The position numbers were made by a program, and so were the translations under genes. The notes below the pieces were generated by a model, which did not search any database, was not told where the DNA came from, and was given only the letters and a program-made list of their open reading frames with translations. Shown in pieces: positions 61,519 to 64,000 of a DNA stretch of 64,000 nt; positions within the stretch are counted from its first letter, which is position 1, and every line of letters begins with the position of its first letter. This DNA is from Prorocentrum cordatum (taxonomy: Eukaryota): the NCBI GenBank assembly GCA_963575745.1, contig CAUYUJ010000015.1:1-64000 (forward strand), given 5' to 3'.

Positions 61519-62070
61519 TTCTGTCTTTCCTCGTCGTCGTCGTCGTCTTGGCGTCGTCGCTTCCGTCGTCGTTGTCGCCGTGGTCGTCCTTCCTCCCTCG
61601 TCGTCTTCGTCGGCGTCTCGTCGTTGTCCCTCCTATTTCGTCGCCGTCGTCGTCGTCGTCGTCGTCGTGGTCTTCACTCCTCCCTCGTCGTTGTCCTCCT
61701 CCCTCGTCGTCGTCGTCGTCGTCGTCCGTCTCGTCGTCGTCCCTCCTATTTCGTCGCCGTCGTCGTCGTCGTCGTTCGTCGTCGTCGTCGTTGTCGTCGT
61801 CGGCGTCGCCGTCCTTCCTCCTTCTTCGTCGTTCGCGTCGTCGCCGTTTTCCCTCCTACGTCGTTGTCGTCGTTGTCGTTGTCGCCGTCGTCGTTTTTTC
61901 TCCTCCCTCGTCGTCGTCTCCGTTGGCGACGTCGTCGTCGTCTTCGTCGTCGTCGTCGGCGTCGGCGTCGTCGTCGTCTTCGTCGATGTCGACGTCGGCG
62001 GTGTCGTCGTAGTCGGTGTCTGCGGCGCCGTCGTCGTCGTTGTCGCTGTCGTCGTCGGCGTCGGTGTCGT
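61458..62070. repeat. Degenerate (GTC)n microsatellite
   Basis: Direct reading. Confidence 0.95.
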
Positions 62071-62200
62071 GGCCAAGTGCCATGTGGTACATACCGTCAC
62101 GGTCTTGTCTTAAGAAGTCTTGCGACCAAGTTGCGGGTGGGAGGGTGGGATGTATGCACGAGCAGTAGAGAGGATAGCTTCAAGACGGTCAAAGTGAATT

Positions 62201-62854
62201 CCCTACCTAGGCTCTGCCTAGAAGGGTTCTTACTCTCTGGGCTTAAAGGGGCCGGGCAGTGGAAAGCGCCCCGGGCGGTTCCCCCAGTATCCGCCCCGCG
62301 GTTCCCCCAGTTACGTCCCCTTAGCTTAGCGTTGCGTATCTCATCTCAGCTTAGCTAATTTCATCTTAGCTTAGCTTAGCTTAGCTTTATCTTAGCTCAG
62401 ATTTATCTTAGTTTAGCGCACCTTCATGCTAGCTTCGCTGAGCTTTAGCATAGCAGAGCACAGCATAGCATACCATAGCGTAGCATAGCATAGCGCAGCA
62501 CAGCATATAATAGCATAGCCCAGTATAGCATAGCATAGCGCAGCATAGCATAGCATAGCATAGCATAGCATAGCGCAGCACAGCACAGCACAGCATAGCA
62601 CAGCGCAGCATAGCATAGCATAACAGAGCAGAGCATAGCATAGCATAGCCCAGCATAGCATTGCGCAGCATAGCAGAGCAGAGCAGAGCAGAGCATAGCA
62701 GAGCATAGCATAGCATAACATAGCGCAGCACATCATCCACTATTGCTGCTACAACTACGACGATGAGGAGAAGGAGTAGGACGGCGTTTACCGCTCCTAC
62801 GAATGTTGCTTTCCTAGAGGCTCCAACTCCTAGGTAGGGTCGCACTGGGATAAT
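62201..62854 (+). mobile_element. Non-autonomous element family 2, copy B (single unit)
   Basis: tt|ccctacctag ... (tagca)n ... ctaggtaggg tcgcactgggataat; colinear with 46542-47089. Confidence 0.85.
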
Positions 62855-62880
62855 CTACATATATATATATATATATATAA

Positions 62881-62924
<44 letters not shown>

Positions 62925-64000
62925 CGACGTGCAGGGAACACGACAGTGTGGTGGGAATGGCGCCCGAGCGCCAGGCAGCGGAGGCCTACCGGGGCACCCG
63001 TGCGGGGAGGGGCCGAGGGCACGCGCGGGCACGGCGACGCTGTGCGCTCGAGTCTGGGGCGGAAAAAGCCGCCCAGGCACCTAAGGCCAAGGCCTGGATG
63101 GACCTCCTCGCGTGGTGCCCGTCGCGGGAAGTGTCGGGGCCTGCCCGGGCACCCGAGGCCCAGGCGGCGGGCTCGACCCGCTGCCGGACGCAGGAGCGAG
63201 AGCACCGAGGAGCGCTCGGGGGGCAGCCAAGAGTTCCGATTGCTTTCGCGTCTCGGCCGCTGGGGCAGCCTGAGCGACGGCCAGCCCTGGGGCGTCGACG
63301 GCCGTCTGGTCGAGGACCTCGTCGCACTGTCGTTGGAGGGCCTGAGTGCGCTGACGGAGGACCCTCTCGTAGGCTTGGGCGGCGTGGTTGTGTTCCCTGA
63401 GACCTTCGACGGGCAGTGGATCAGAAGTGGGTGGGCGTGGCACCGCAGCCGAGGCCCAGTAGAGGCCAGTGCGCGCGGCAGGCGCTTGCGAGTACGCCAG
63501 CCCGTGACGCCGCCAGTGGGGCGCGCGGTCCCGCGGCGGTGGGTGTGATGAGGTTGAGAGTGGTTGGCGACCCGCTGCGCTTGGCAAACAGGGGCGCGGG
63601 TGTGTTCGTGGGCGGCCCCGAGACGGTGCAGTGGGCCTCGCCCGTGCAGGGCCGCCAGTGGGCAACGCTGCGGCCCTTGAGGGGGAGCTGGGGCGGGGCG
63701 GGGCGGGCGACGTCTCGCCAGGATTGTCGAGATCGCTGCCGAGCCCGAAAGGCCTTCTCCTTGTCGTGGTGGAGTTGCGGGCGTGGCTGGGAGCCGTCGT
63801 GCGGGGAGCGAAGGTCGCAGGTGGCCGAAGTGTCGGCCTCCTTGAGCCATGCAGCGTGGACCTTGCCTCCGTCGTTTGCTCGCGCGCGTTGCGCCCAATA
63901 TTTCATGCGGGCGGCCTTGGCCTGCCGAACCCGGCAGTAGACCGTCGAAGAGTTTGGAGATGCGCTCACCGGCGGGGAGGTCCGCCACAGCCCTCGGAGG

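Noticed and set aside
62940..64000. Possible LINE RT N-terminal fragment or gene on the minus strand
   Set aside because: Only vague motifs (VHAAWLKE, GGVTGWR), truncated by the window edge; not enough to call

Overview
GC-rich, repeat-dominated eukaryotic DNA that looks dinoflagellate. This is an inference from GC/GA-AG splice donors, relict spliced-leader (DinoSL)-like motifs and dinoflagellate-type retroelement peptides. Most ORFs in the six-frame track are artefacts of microsatellites and high GC. The main find is a structurally complete ~8.7 kb tyrosine-recombinase (DIRS-order, PAT/Ngaro-like) retrotransposon at 24257-32984 with split direct repeats A1..B1-A2..B2. Its gag, RT-RNase H and YR genes are broken by at least 17 short (53-72 nt) spliceosomal-type introns, and removing them restores reading frames and catalytic motifs. 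A full-length decayed Copia (37103-42861, minus) has LTRs, a tRNA-iMet PBS, an SL-like motif inside the LTR and a TM+SAP-like tail on Pol. There is also a second decayed Copia, two LINE relics, and a group of satellite-carrying non-autonomous elements with asymmetric inverted repeats and a shared GGGATAAT end (Helentron-like). The rest is MITEs, many satellites and one intact intronless membrane-protein gene (1795-2850).
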